A stretch of 64,000 bases of DNA, taken from NCBI GenBank assembly GCA_013698095.1, contig JACCVQ010000253.1, positions 10,014-74,013 on the forward strand. Direction: 5' to 3'. Position numbers and translations under genes: made by a program. Below, in pieces: positions 19,659 to 31,944 of the stretch. The notes under the pieces are model-generated. The model did no database searches, was not told the origin of the DNA, and was given only the letters and a program-made list of their open reading frames with translations. How positions within the stretch are numbered: the first letter of the stretch is position 1; every line of letters starts with the position of its first letter. Source of the DNA: Chloroflexota bacterium (lineage in GTDB: Bacteria > Chloroflexota > Limnocylindria > Limnocylindrales > CSP1-4).

Positions 19659-20699
19659 TCACAGGTTCGTCCGGGCGCCGGCCGGACCGGTCGCCGCTGA
19701 CGTCCGAGCGGCCCGATCGAGTGCGACGAGCGAGGCGATGCTACCGCGACTGAACGATAGATCCACGCGGGGTGGCGTTCCGTCGAGGATCGCGGCCTGC
19801 AGGTCGTCGACCTCGGCACGGTACGAGTCAACGGACGGGATGGGGACTTCCTCGACGGCGCCGTCGCGTCGAATCGACACCCGCGGCGGCGGGCCGTCCG
19901 GTTCCGGCAGGAACGGACTATCAAGGACCAGGGTCGCGTCGCTGCCCACGATCTCGACGCGCTCCCGATCGGCCGCCGCGAAGCCGGACTCGAAGTGGGC
20001 GAGCAAGCCGCTCGGGAAGCGGAGCTGCCCGACGAACGTCCGATCCACGCCGCGCTCGTCCAGCCGGGCGAGGGCCGCCACAGCCTCCGGCTCCTCACCG
20101 GCCAGCCGGCGCGAGATGCTGACGGGATAGCAGCCAACGTCCCACAGCGAGCCACCGCCCAGGGTCGGGTCAATTCGCGGGTCCTCGGGATGGTCGAGGA
20201 GGAACGAGAACGCCGAGCTCACCACCTGGAGAGGACCCAGGGCGCCGGAGTGCGCGATCTCGACGGCCCGGATCGTCTGAGGGTGGTGGAGGTACATGAA
20301 CGCCTCGACGGCGATCCGGCGGTTTCGAGCGGCGGCGGCGGCGATCGCGTCGACCTCGTCGACGGTCAGCGCGAGGGGCTTCTCGCACAGGACGTGCTTG
20401 CCGGCCTCGAGGGCCCGGATCGTCCACTCCGCGTGGAGTCCGTTCGGCAGGGCGACGTAGACCACATCAATGCGGGGATCGGCCAGGAGGGCTTCGTAAC
20501 TGCCGTAGGCCGCGACCGGTTCGTCCCCGCCATGGGCGTCCGCGAACGCGCGCGCCCGATCGGCATGCCGGCTCGCGACTGCGTGCAGCAATCCGCGAGG
20601 ACTGTCGCGAAGCCCACGCACGATCCGGGGCGCGATCCGACCCGGACCGAGGATTCCCCAGTGCAGGCGGCCGGCCTGCCGATCGGCGGCGGATGACAC
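19659..20699 (-). CDS. Gfo/Idh/MocA family NAD(P)-dependent oxidoreductase
   Basis: It has the Rossmann start LHWGILGPGRIAPRIV, the EKPLALT motif and the family's C-terminal alpha/beta domain. I chose the GTG at 20699 (AGGAG 11 nt upstream); the track ORF start at 20846 adds an Arg/Pro-rich extension. Confidence 0.83.
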   Translation of the reverse strand: MSSAADRQAGRLHWGILGPGRIAPRIVRGLRDSPRGLLHAVASRHADRARAFADAHGGDEPVAAYGSYEALLADPRIDVVYVALPNGLHAEWTIRALEAGKHVLCEKPLALTVDEVDAIAAAAARNRRIAVEAFMYLHHPQTIRAVEIAHSGALGPLQVVSSAFSFLLDHPEDPRIDPTLGGGSLWDVGCYPVSISRRLAGEEPEAVAALARLDERGVDRTFVGQLRFPSGLLAHFESGFAAADRERVEIVGSDATLVLDSPFLPEPDGPPPRVSIRRDGAVEEVPIPSVDSYRAEVDDLQAAILDGTPPRVDLSFSRGSIASLVALDRAARTSAATGPAGARTNL

Positions 20700-20729
20700 G
20701 AAGCGGCGATCTCCTGAGGTCGGTCCCGG

Positions 20730-20752
20730 GTGACGGCGGGAGCCCGTCGGCA
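20730..20752 (-). promoter_or_regulatory. candidate operator, copy A of a shared motif (reads TGCCGACGGGCTCCCGCCGTCAC on the minus strand)
   Basis: It lies 31-53 nt upstream of the oxidoreductase start. It matches copy B in 17 of 20 aligned positions with one 3-nt indel and contains GACGGG..CCCG dyad elements. Confidence 0.35.
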
Positions 20753-20863
20753 ATCTATCACCCGTCAGCGCCACCTGACCCGCTCCAAGGACAGGTCTGC
20801 ATACGTTGCCAATGGTCGCGAAATCCCTGTTCCAGCCGTGCCGCACGGTGGTACAGTCCCGGC

Positions 20864-20883
20864 TGACGACGGGTTCCCGTCAC
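20864..20883 (+). promoter_or_regulatory. candidate operator, copy B of the shared motif (TGACGACGGGTTCCCGTCAC)
   Basis: It has the dyad GACGGG-TT-CCCGTC. It lies 19-38 nt upstream of the xylF ATG and just downstream of a TACAGT -10-like hexamer (20852-20857). Confidence 0.35.
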
Positions 20884-20901
20884 TGAGGAGGATTCGAGTT
20901 C

Positions 20902-22029
20902 ATGTACGTCCGAAGGCTGGCAGCGCTCGCTGCTTGCGCCATGTTCATCGTGAGTGCCTGCAACACCGGCACCCCGGCCGCGAGTGGCGGCACCGCGTCC
21001 GGCGGCACCGGAGCCGGTTGCACCGTCGGCGTCTCGTGGAACAACTACTCGCAGGAGCGTTGGAAGAAGGCCGATGAGCCGGCGATGCAGAAGGCAATCG
21101 CGGCAAAGGGCGGCAAGTACATCCGCGCCGACGCGAACGACAAGGCCGAGCAGCAGACCACGGACATCGCCAACCTGATCAACCAGGGCGCGAAGGTCCT
21201 CATCGTCCTCGCAAAGGACTCCGAGGCCATCAAGCCGGCGATCGCGGATGCAACGGCCAAGGGCATCAAGGTCATCGCCTACGACCGCCTGATCGAGGAT
21301 GCCAACACGTTCTACATCACCTTCGACAACAAGAAGGTCGGGACGCTGATGGCCGAGACCCTGATCAAGCTCGTCCCGAAGGGCAACTACGCCGTCATCC
21401 TCGGTGCCGAGACCGACCCGAACTCCGCGTTCCTGCGCTCCGGCATGACCGAAGCGGGCATCCCGAAGCTCAACGAGATGAACGCAGCCGGGATCAAGGT
21501 CGTGTTCGAGAAGAACACCGACAACTGGGATACGACGAACGCCAAGAACAACATGGAGCAGGCGCTCAACGCGAACGCCAACAAGATCGACGCCGTTCTC
21601 TCCGAGAACGACAGCATGGCGACGGGCGTCGTCCAGGCGCTCAGCGCGGTCGGTCTGAAGATCCCGGTCTCCGGCCAGGACGGCGACACTGCCGCGCTGA
21701 ACCGGGTCGCCAAGGGTGAGCAGGCCGTGTCGGTCTGGAAGAACGCGTTCGCACTTGGTCAGACGGCCGGTGACGTCGCAATGCAGCTCTGCGGCGGCAC
21801 GGCGCTGAACGCCGTGAAGGCCCCGGGCGACCTGCCGGCCGCAGCGGCGCCTGCGTCCCTGAACGCCGCTGAGTTCGAGACGCCGGGCAAGAACAAGGTC
21901 CAGTCGATCATCCTGACTCCGACGGCCATCACAAAGGAAAACCTGAAGGACACGATTGACGCCGGCTGGATCACGAAGGACGCAGCGTGCGCGGGAGCGG
22001 CCGCTGGGTCGACCCCTGCCTGCGGCTGA
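20902..22029 (+). CDS. xylF: D-xylose ABC transporter substrate-binding lipoprotein
   Basis: GAGGAGGA SD; lipobox (FIVSAC). It shares blocks with E. coli XylF as I recall that sequence: ...ERW.K....., KVIAYDRLI.D, FYITFDNKKVG, GNY, NKIDAV, NDSMATGVVQAL, SGQDGD. Confidence 0.88.
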   Translation: MYVRRLAALAACAMFIVSACNTGTPAASGGTASGGTGAGCTVGVSWNNYSQERWKKADEPAMQKAIAAKGGKYIRADANDKAEQQTTDIANLINQGAKVLIVLAKDSEAIKPAIADATAKGIKVIAYDRLIEDANTFYITFDNKKVGTLMAETLIKLVPKGNYAVILGAETDPNSAFLRSGMTEAGIPKLNEMNAAGIKVVFEKNTDNWDTTNAKNNMEQALNANANKIDAVLSENDSMATGVVQALSAVGLKIPVSGQDGDTAALNRVAKGEQAVSVWKNAFALGQTAGDVAMQLCGGTALNAVKAPGDLPAAAAPASLNAAEFETPGKNKVQSIILTPTAITKENLKDTIDAGWITKDAACAGAAAGSTPACG

Positions 22030-22051
22030 CCTGAACCACGAGTTATCGATT

Positions 22052-22089
22052 GCGACCTGTCCCGTACCGCGGGGCAGGTCGCTTTCATT
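22052..22089 (+). terminator. intra-operon stem-loop/attenuator after the binding-protein gene
   Basis: GCGACCTGTCCCG-taccg-CGGGGCAGGTCGC forms a 13-bp stem (one G-U pair) followed by TTTCATT. It sits between xylF and the permease gene. Confidence 0.65.
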
Positions 22090-22127
22090 CAGGCCTCTTC
22101 GGGAGTTGACCAGCCAGGAGTGACGTC

Positions 22128-23480
22128 ATGACAGACGTGGCCGGGACGACAGACGTGGCCGGGACCACAGACGTGGCCGGGACCACAGACGGTGCCGGGA
22201 AGCTCCCCGCACCGGAAGGTCGCCCGTCGATTGGCGACCTGATCCGGGCGACGGAGATCGACCTTCGTCTGTTCGGCATGGTCCTGGCCTTGGTCGTCAT
22301 CTGGGTCGGTCTGGGCTGGGCGAATCCGGTCATCCTCCAGCCCGTCAACTTCCTCACGTTCTCGGTCCAGGCCGCATCGACCGCGGTCCTCGCGACGGGC
22401 ATGGTCCTCGTCATCGTCTCGCGCAACATCGACCTGTCGGTCGGGTCGGTGGTCGGCCTCATCGGCATGGGCTACGCCGTGTTCATGGCCGACATCGTCC
22501 CGACGACCATCGGTCTCAGCAATCCCGTTGGCTGGATCATTGCTCTCGCCCTCGGGGTCCTGTTCGGGGCCCTCATCGGCGCCTTCCAGGGCTTCTTGAT
22601 CGCGTACGCCGAGATTCCGTCGTTCGTCGTGACGCTCGGCGGGCTACTCGGTTTTCGCGGCCTCATCTGGCAGTTCAGCGGCGGCACGACGGTCGCCCCG
22701 AATCTGCCGACGTTCAACCTCCTCGGTGGCGGACCGGAAGGCTCGCTCGGTGGCATCTGGGCCTGGCTCCTCGGTGCGCTCCTCAGCGCCGCCGCGGTCC
22801 TGCTCCTGATCAATGCCCGACGAACCCGGCGCAAGTACGGCTTCCCGCTTCGGCCGATGTGGGCCGAGGCGGCGATCGCGGCCGTCTCGGTCGGCACCAT
22901 CCTCGCTGGCGTCTTCGTCTCCAATTCGTACCACTGGCCGCCCGGCCTGGCCACGCAATATGCGGTCGCGCACGGGATCACCGAGCCGCCCGGGGGTCTG
23001 CAGATCGAGGCGGGGATCCCGATTCCGCTTTTGATCGTCATCGCCGTCACCATCGCCATGACCTTCCTCACGACCCGGCGACGGTTCGGGCGGAATGTCT
23101 TCGCGTACGGCGGCAACCCGGTTGCCGCCGAGCTCGCCGGCATCAACACCCGCTGGGTCGTGATGCGGACGTTCATCCTCATGGGGATCCTGTGCGCGAT
23201 CAGCGCCGCGATCGCGTCGGCCCGCCTGAACGGCGGCACGCTCGACCTGGGTCAGGGCTACGAGCTGTATGTGATCGCGGCGGCCGTGATCGGAGGGACG
23301 TCCTTCGCGGGCGGGATCGGCACGATCCCGGGCGCCATCCTCGGCGCCCTCGTGATGCAGTCGCTCCAGTACGGGCTCGGCTTCCTCGGGTTCAACTCTC
23401 CCCAGGTCAACATGGTCGCCGCGGTCGTCCTCGTGGCGGTCGTCGGTATCGACCAGTGGAACCGGCGGCGGTCGCGATGA
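22128..23480 (+). CDS. sugar ABC transporter permease (CUT2 type, XylH-like)
   Basis: The 450-aa polytopic membrane protein has AGGAG 7 nt before its ATG. It sits between xylF and the ATPase gene. The N-terminus carries a TDVAGT hexapeptide repeat. Confidence 0.88.
   Translation: MTDVAGTTDVAGTTDVAGTTDGAGKLPAPEGRPSIGDLIRATEIDLRLFGMVLALVVIWVGLGWANPVILQPVNFLTFSVQAASTAVLATGMVLVIVSRNIDLSVGSVVGLIGMGYAVFMADIVPTTIGLSNPVGWIIALALGVLFGALIGAFQGFLIAYAEIPSFVVTLGGLLGFRGLIWQFSGGTTVAPNLPTFNLLGGGPEGSLGGIWAWLLGALLSAAAVLLLINARRTRRKYGFPLRPMWAEAAIAAVSVGTILAGVFVSNSYHWPPGLATQYAVAHGITEPPGGLQIEAGIPIPLLIVIAVTIAMTFLTTRRRFGRNVFAYGGNPVAAELAGINTRWVVMRTFILMGILCAISAAIASARLNGGTLDLGQGYELYVIAAAVIGGTSFAGGIGTIPGAILGALVMQSLQYGLGFLGFNSPQVNMVAAVVLVAVVGIDQWNRRRSR
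22131..22200 (+). repeat. 18-nt tandem repeat, about 3.9 copies (acagacgtggccgggacc)
   Basis: Read directly from the sequence. It starts at codon 2 of the permease gene and encodes [23 protein letters not shown]. Confidence 0.9.
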
Positions 23481-23497
23481 CAGCGGAGGCAGGCTCA

Positions 23498-24331
23498 ATG
23501 ACGGACGGTGCAGCGAACCCGGCGACCTCCGCGACCGCGCGCACGGCGGGCACGACGCCGCTCGTCGAGATGCGCAAGATCAACGTGGCGTTCGGCGGCG
23601 TCCACGCTGTCCGGAACGTGTCGCTCGACCTGCACGCCGGCGAGGTCGTCGGGCTCGTCGGTGGCAACGGGGCAGGAAAGTCGACGCTCACGAAAGTGCT
23701 CTCGGGCGCCCAGCGGTCGGATTCGGGCCAGATCCTGATCAATGGCACGGCTGTCGACATCGGCAACCCGCGGGATGCCAAGGCCCAGGGGATCGAATGT
23801 ATCTACCAGACGCTGGCCCTGGCCGACAACCTGGACGCGCCGGCGAACCTGTTCCTCGGCCGCGAGCTCACGACCCGGATCGGCAACCTGGACGACGACC
23901 AGATGGAGGATGCGACCCGCAAGGTCATGGGTCGGCTGAACCCGAACTTCAAGCGGTTCACGACACCGGTGGTGTCGCTCTCCGGCGGCCAGCGCCAGGC
24001 GGTGGCGATCGCCCGCGCTGTCTACTTCAATGCCAAGATCCTGATCATGGACGAGCCGACCGCGGCGCTCGGACCGGCCGAGACGGCCCAGGTCCGTAAC
24101 CTCGTCCGCCAGCTGAAGGAAGACGGCATCGGGATCCTGCTGATCAGCCATGACATCCACGACGTGTACGACCTCGCCGATCGGGTCAGCGTCATGTACC
24201 ACGGCGAGATCGTCGACACCGTGAACAAGCACGATGTGTCGACCGATGACATCCTCGGGATGATCATCCTCGGCAAGAAGCCCGGCGAGGTCACGGCCAA
24301 GGACCGCGAGGAGCTCGAGCTCCGGGCCTGA
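23498..24331 (+). CDS. sugar ABC transporter ATP-binding protein (single NBD)
   Basis: Walker [10 protein letters not shown], signature LSGGQRQ and Walker [12 protein letters not shown] are all present. I chose the ATG at 23498 (GGAGG 8 nt upstream). An ATG at 23477 overlaps the permease stop codon (ATGA) and is the alternative. The rest of the 490-aa track ORF is out-of-frame overlap with the permease. Confidence 0.9.
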   Translation: MTDGAANPATSATARTAGTTPLVEMRKINVAFGGVHAVRNVSLDLHAGEVVGLVGGNGAGKSTLTKVLSGAQRSDSGQILINGTAVDIGNPRDAKAQGIECIYQTLALADNLDAPANLFLGRELTTRIGNLDDDQMEDATRKVMGRLNPNFKRFTTPVVSLSGGQRQAVAIARAVYFNAKILIMDEPTAALGPAETAQVRNLVRQLKEDGIGILLISHDIHDVYDLADRVSVMYHGEIVDTVNKHDVSTDDILGMIILGKKPGEVTAKDREELELRA

Positions 24332-24335
24332 GGCG

Positions 24336-24812
24336 TTGTTCGCGGTCGTGATCCGGGTCGATGAGGCTCGTCTTCACTGGTCCATGGATGGTGCGACGTG
24401 GCGGCTCGACGTGGCCAACGCCATCGCGCTTCGGCCGGGTCGTGACGGCGGCCGGGTCGTCGTCGGGATGGGCGACCAGGCCGACGAGTCGCTGAGGGAC
24501 GACGCCGTGGTCGTGCTCGAGGCGTTCTCCGCTGAGGCGTTCGATCCGGATGTGTCGGCAGCGGCGACTCGCTTCTGGTTCGCTCGCGCCACGCACGAGG
24601 GATATCGCGGCTCCGTCATCCAACGATGGATGTCCCGCCCGTCCGTTGATCTCGAGTGGTCAGCCTGGTCGGACCTGGCCCTGGACGCGCGACGGCAGTA
24701 TCTCGAGCAGGTCGTTGCATTCGCGAACGTGGCCGTGAATGGCAGACCGGTGGCAGCGTCGACGCCATGGCGGCACCTGTTGGGCCGGCCAGCGGCGATC
24801 GCGGATCCGTAG
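24336..24812 (+). CDS. hypothetical protein, no recognisable domain
   Basis: The 158-aa ORF starts 4 nt after the ATPase stop codon, has high GC3 and no TM segments. The start (TTG 24336, GTG 24348 or ATG 24384) is uncertain. Confidence 0.45.
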   Translation: MFAVVIRVDEARLHWSMDGATWRLDVANAIALRPGRDGGRVVVGMGDQADESLRDDAVVVLEAFSAEAFDPDVSAAATRFWFARATHEGYRGSVIQRWMSRPSVDLEWSAWSDLALDARRQYLEQVVAFANVAVNGRPVAASTPWRHLLGRPAAIADP

Positions 24813-24838
24813 GTGACGCCCGGTTGGTCGCGGCCCCG

Positions 24839-30314
<5,476 letters not shown>

Positions 30315-30358
30315 CCCACGGTTGCGCCCAGGAGGACAATGGAGTCGGAGGTGGACGA

Positions 30359-30625
30359 ATGACCGTCCCCATGACCGGCGATCCCGACTGCGCCTGCACC
30401 CACCCGCTCGAGTGCAACCACGGCTGTCACGGTCGCCACTGCGATCCGACCGAACACGTCTGCTCGCGCGAGTTCCTGCCGGATGACGGCGGTTTGACGC
30501 CGTGGGGCTGTGCCGACTGCACCCCCGGTGAAGGGCTTTCGCATCTCGCCGGATGCACGGTCACCACGCCGATGACGCGGGCGCCGGCGCCCGGCATCGA
30601 GCCCTGGCCGCTCCTCCGAACCTGA
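30359..30625 (+). CDS. hypothetical Cys/His-rich small protein (possible metal-binding)
   Basis: The 88-aa ORF has GGAGG 7 nt before its ATG and roughly 85% G/C at third positions. It contains 9 Cys and 6 His, of which 6 Cys and 5 His fall within residues 11-35 (DCACTHPLECNHGCHGRHCDPTEHVC). Confidence 0.55.
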   Translation: MTVPMTGDPDCACTHPLECNHGCHGRHCDPTEHVCSREFLPDDGGLTPWGCADCTPGEGLSHLAGCTVTTPMTRAPAPGIEPWPLLRT

Positions 30626-30634
30626 GGCGTTCTG

Positions 30635-30717
30635 CCGCCGGTTGGGTCACCCCACGCCCGACACAGCGTCCGGCGACCCGTTTCCCCGCCGGTTCGGTCA
30701 CCCCACGCCCGAAACAG
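30635..30717. repeat. two 32-nt direct repeats with 51-nt periodicity
   Basis: CCGCCGGTTGGGTCACCCCACGCCCGACACAG (30635-30666) and CCGCCGGTTCGGTCACCCCACGCCCGAAACAG (30686-30717) differ at 2 positions. They lie in the gap between convergent genes. Confidence 0.85.
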
Positions 30718-30732
30718 GGGTCCCGCGATCGG

Positions 30733-31581
30733 TCAGCCGAGGGCCCCGTTGAGCTGACCCCAGATCGCCTCAGGCTGCCAGTCGAGCGGCTCGCCGCGGA
30801 TCATCCGGACGCCGCCATGCTCCTCGAGCCAGCCCGACGCCCGCAGGCGTGCGCGCCCGACGAGGTTGCGCCCGACCAGCCCGGCGCCGGCCTTGCCACT
30901 CACGCCGGTGTGCCGCCGCCGCTCCTCCAGCAGACGAAGCGCGTCGTCCGGATGCGGTGCGATCAGCGCGCCGCCGCGCCACGGCGCTCGCGTCAGGAAG
31001 CCGCGCACCTCGCCGGCGTCATCGAGCACGACGATCGTCGAGAGTGGGCCGACGAGATCGGCCAGGACGGCCGATCGATCCTCACCCGTCGCAGCGCGAT
31101 CGAGGGCGACGACGGCGGGCAGGTCGCCCGGCGCGAACGGCCGCAGGCGAGGATCTGACAGGCCGTCGGCGGGCAGGCCATCGATCGAGAACCGGACCTG
31201 CTCGTCCAGGACCGTGAAGCCCGCCCGCTCGTAGACGGGCCGGCCCATCGACGTCGCGATCAGGACGAGCGTCCGGCAGCCGCGTGCCTCCAGCTCGTCA
31301 GTGACCGCCCGGGTCAGCGCCCGACCGAGACCCGTTCGCCGCTGCTCGGACGCGACGAAGATCGTCCCGACCCAGCCCACTGCGCCGTGCGCAGACCCGA
31401 CGCCCGTCCCCACGATCGACCCGTCGTCCAGGACCGCGACGAGCGGCGCAACCGTTGGGTGGCGGACGGCCCAGTCGAAGAAGATCAGGCGCTCGCCCCA
31501 ATCGCCGCGGCGGATCATCTCGGCGGCGCGGACGGTGTCGGCGGCGGTCATCGGACGGATCCGGGCGAACGGCGTGGTCAT
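30733..31581 (-). CDS. GNAT family N-acetyltransferase (N-terminal GNAT domain plus C-terminal extension)
   Basis: The product begins MTTPFARIRPMTAAD and has the acetyl-CoA motif QRRTGLGRALTRAV. I chose the ATG at 31581; the track ORF's extra 53 codons overlap the gatC promoter region. Confidence 0.78.
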   Translation of the reverse strand: MTTPFARIRPMTAADTVRAAEMIRRGDWGERLIFFDWAVRHPTVAPLVAVLDDGSIVGTGVGSAHGAVGWVGTIFVASEQRRTGLGRALTRAVTDELEARGCRTLVLIATSMGRPVYERAGFTVLDEQVRFSIDGLPADGLSDPRLRPFAPGDLPAVVALDRAATGEDRSAVLADLVGPLSTIVVLDDAGEVRGFLTRAPWRGGALIAPHPDDALRLLEERRRHTGVSGKAGAGLVGRNLVGRARLRASGWLEEHGGVRMIRGEPLDWQPEAIWGQLNGALG

Positions 31582-31595
31582 GCCGGGCGAGGGTA
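31579..31595 (-). promoter_or_regulatory. -10 box placed for a leaderless GNAT gene
   Basis: On the minus strand, TACCCT (31595-31590), then 8 nt, then the ATG at 31581. No SD is present. Confidence 0.4.
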
Positions 31596-31625
31596 GCAAG
31601 CCCCGGCTCGGACGAGTCGGTCGGA

Positions 31626-31641
31626 TATCATCGCGACCATG
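31626..31641 (+). promoter_or_regulatory. -10 box placed for a leaderless gatC transcript
   Basis: TATCAT (31626-31631), then 7 nt, then the ATG at 31639. No SD is present. Confidence 0.45.
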
Positions 31642-31944
31642 TCCGGCCTGTCCCGCACCGACGTCGAGCATGTCGCGCACCTTGCCCGTCTCGGCCTGAC
31701 CGACGCCGAGCTGAGCCTGCTGGAGGGCCAGCTGAATCACATCCTCGAGCAGTACATGAAGCTTGCGGAGCTGGACACCGACGCGATCGAGCCGACGGCC
31801 CAGACGATCGAGCTCGAGAACATCCTGCGCGAGGACGTCGTGGTGGCGTCGTTTCCCGTGGAGGAGGTCCTCCGCAACGCCCCGGCCACGGCCGGCGGCT
31901 ACGTCGTCTCGCCGCCCCTGCTCGGCGAGGACTCCGGCAGGTGA
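31639..31944 (+). CDS. gatC: Asp-tRNA(Asn)/Glu-tRNA(Gln) amidotransferase subunit C
   Basis: The 101-aa product reads MSGLSRTDVEHVAHLARLGLTDAELSLLEGQLNHILEQY...REDVV, the typical GatC pattern. Its stop codon overlaps the gatA GTG (GTGA). Confidence 0.92.
   Translation: MSGLSRTDVEHVAHLARLGLTDAELSLLEGQLNHILEQYMKLAELDTDAIEPTAQTIELENILREDVVVASFPVEEVLRNAPATAGGYVVSPPLLGEDSGR

Noticed and set aside
15208-19753. 876-aa and 899-aa plus-strand ORFs (15208-17838, 17054-19753).
   Set aside because: Both are antisense to the M24-like, CRTAC1 and PAP2 genes, which have clear motifs. The products are Arg/Pro-rich with no recognisable domains.
22131-22200. I considered whether the tandem repeats at 22131, 42061, 30635 and 51486 could be CRISPR arrays.
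   Set aside because: The repeats are head-to-tail with no spacers, or have only two copies. Units are 13-32 nt, mostly inside coding regions, and there are no cas genes.
23477-23497. The ATG at 23477, overlapping the permease stop codon (ATGA), as the ATPase start.
   Set aside because: It is plausible and not excluded. I preferred the ATG at 23498 because a GGAGG sits 8 nt upstream of it. The two differ by only 7 codons.
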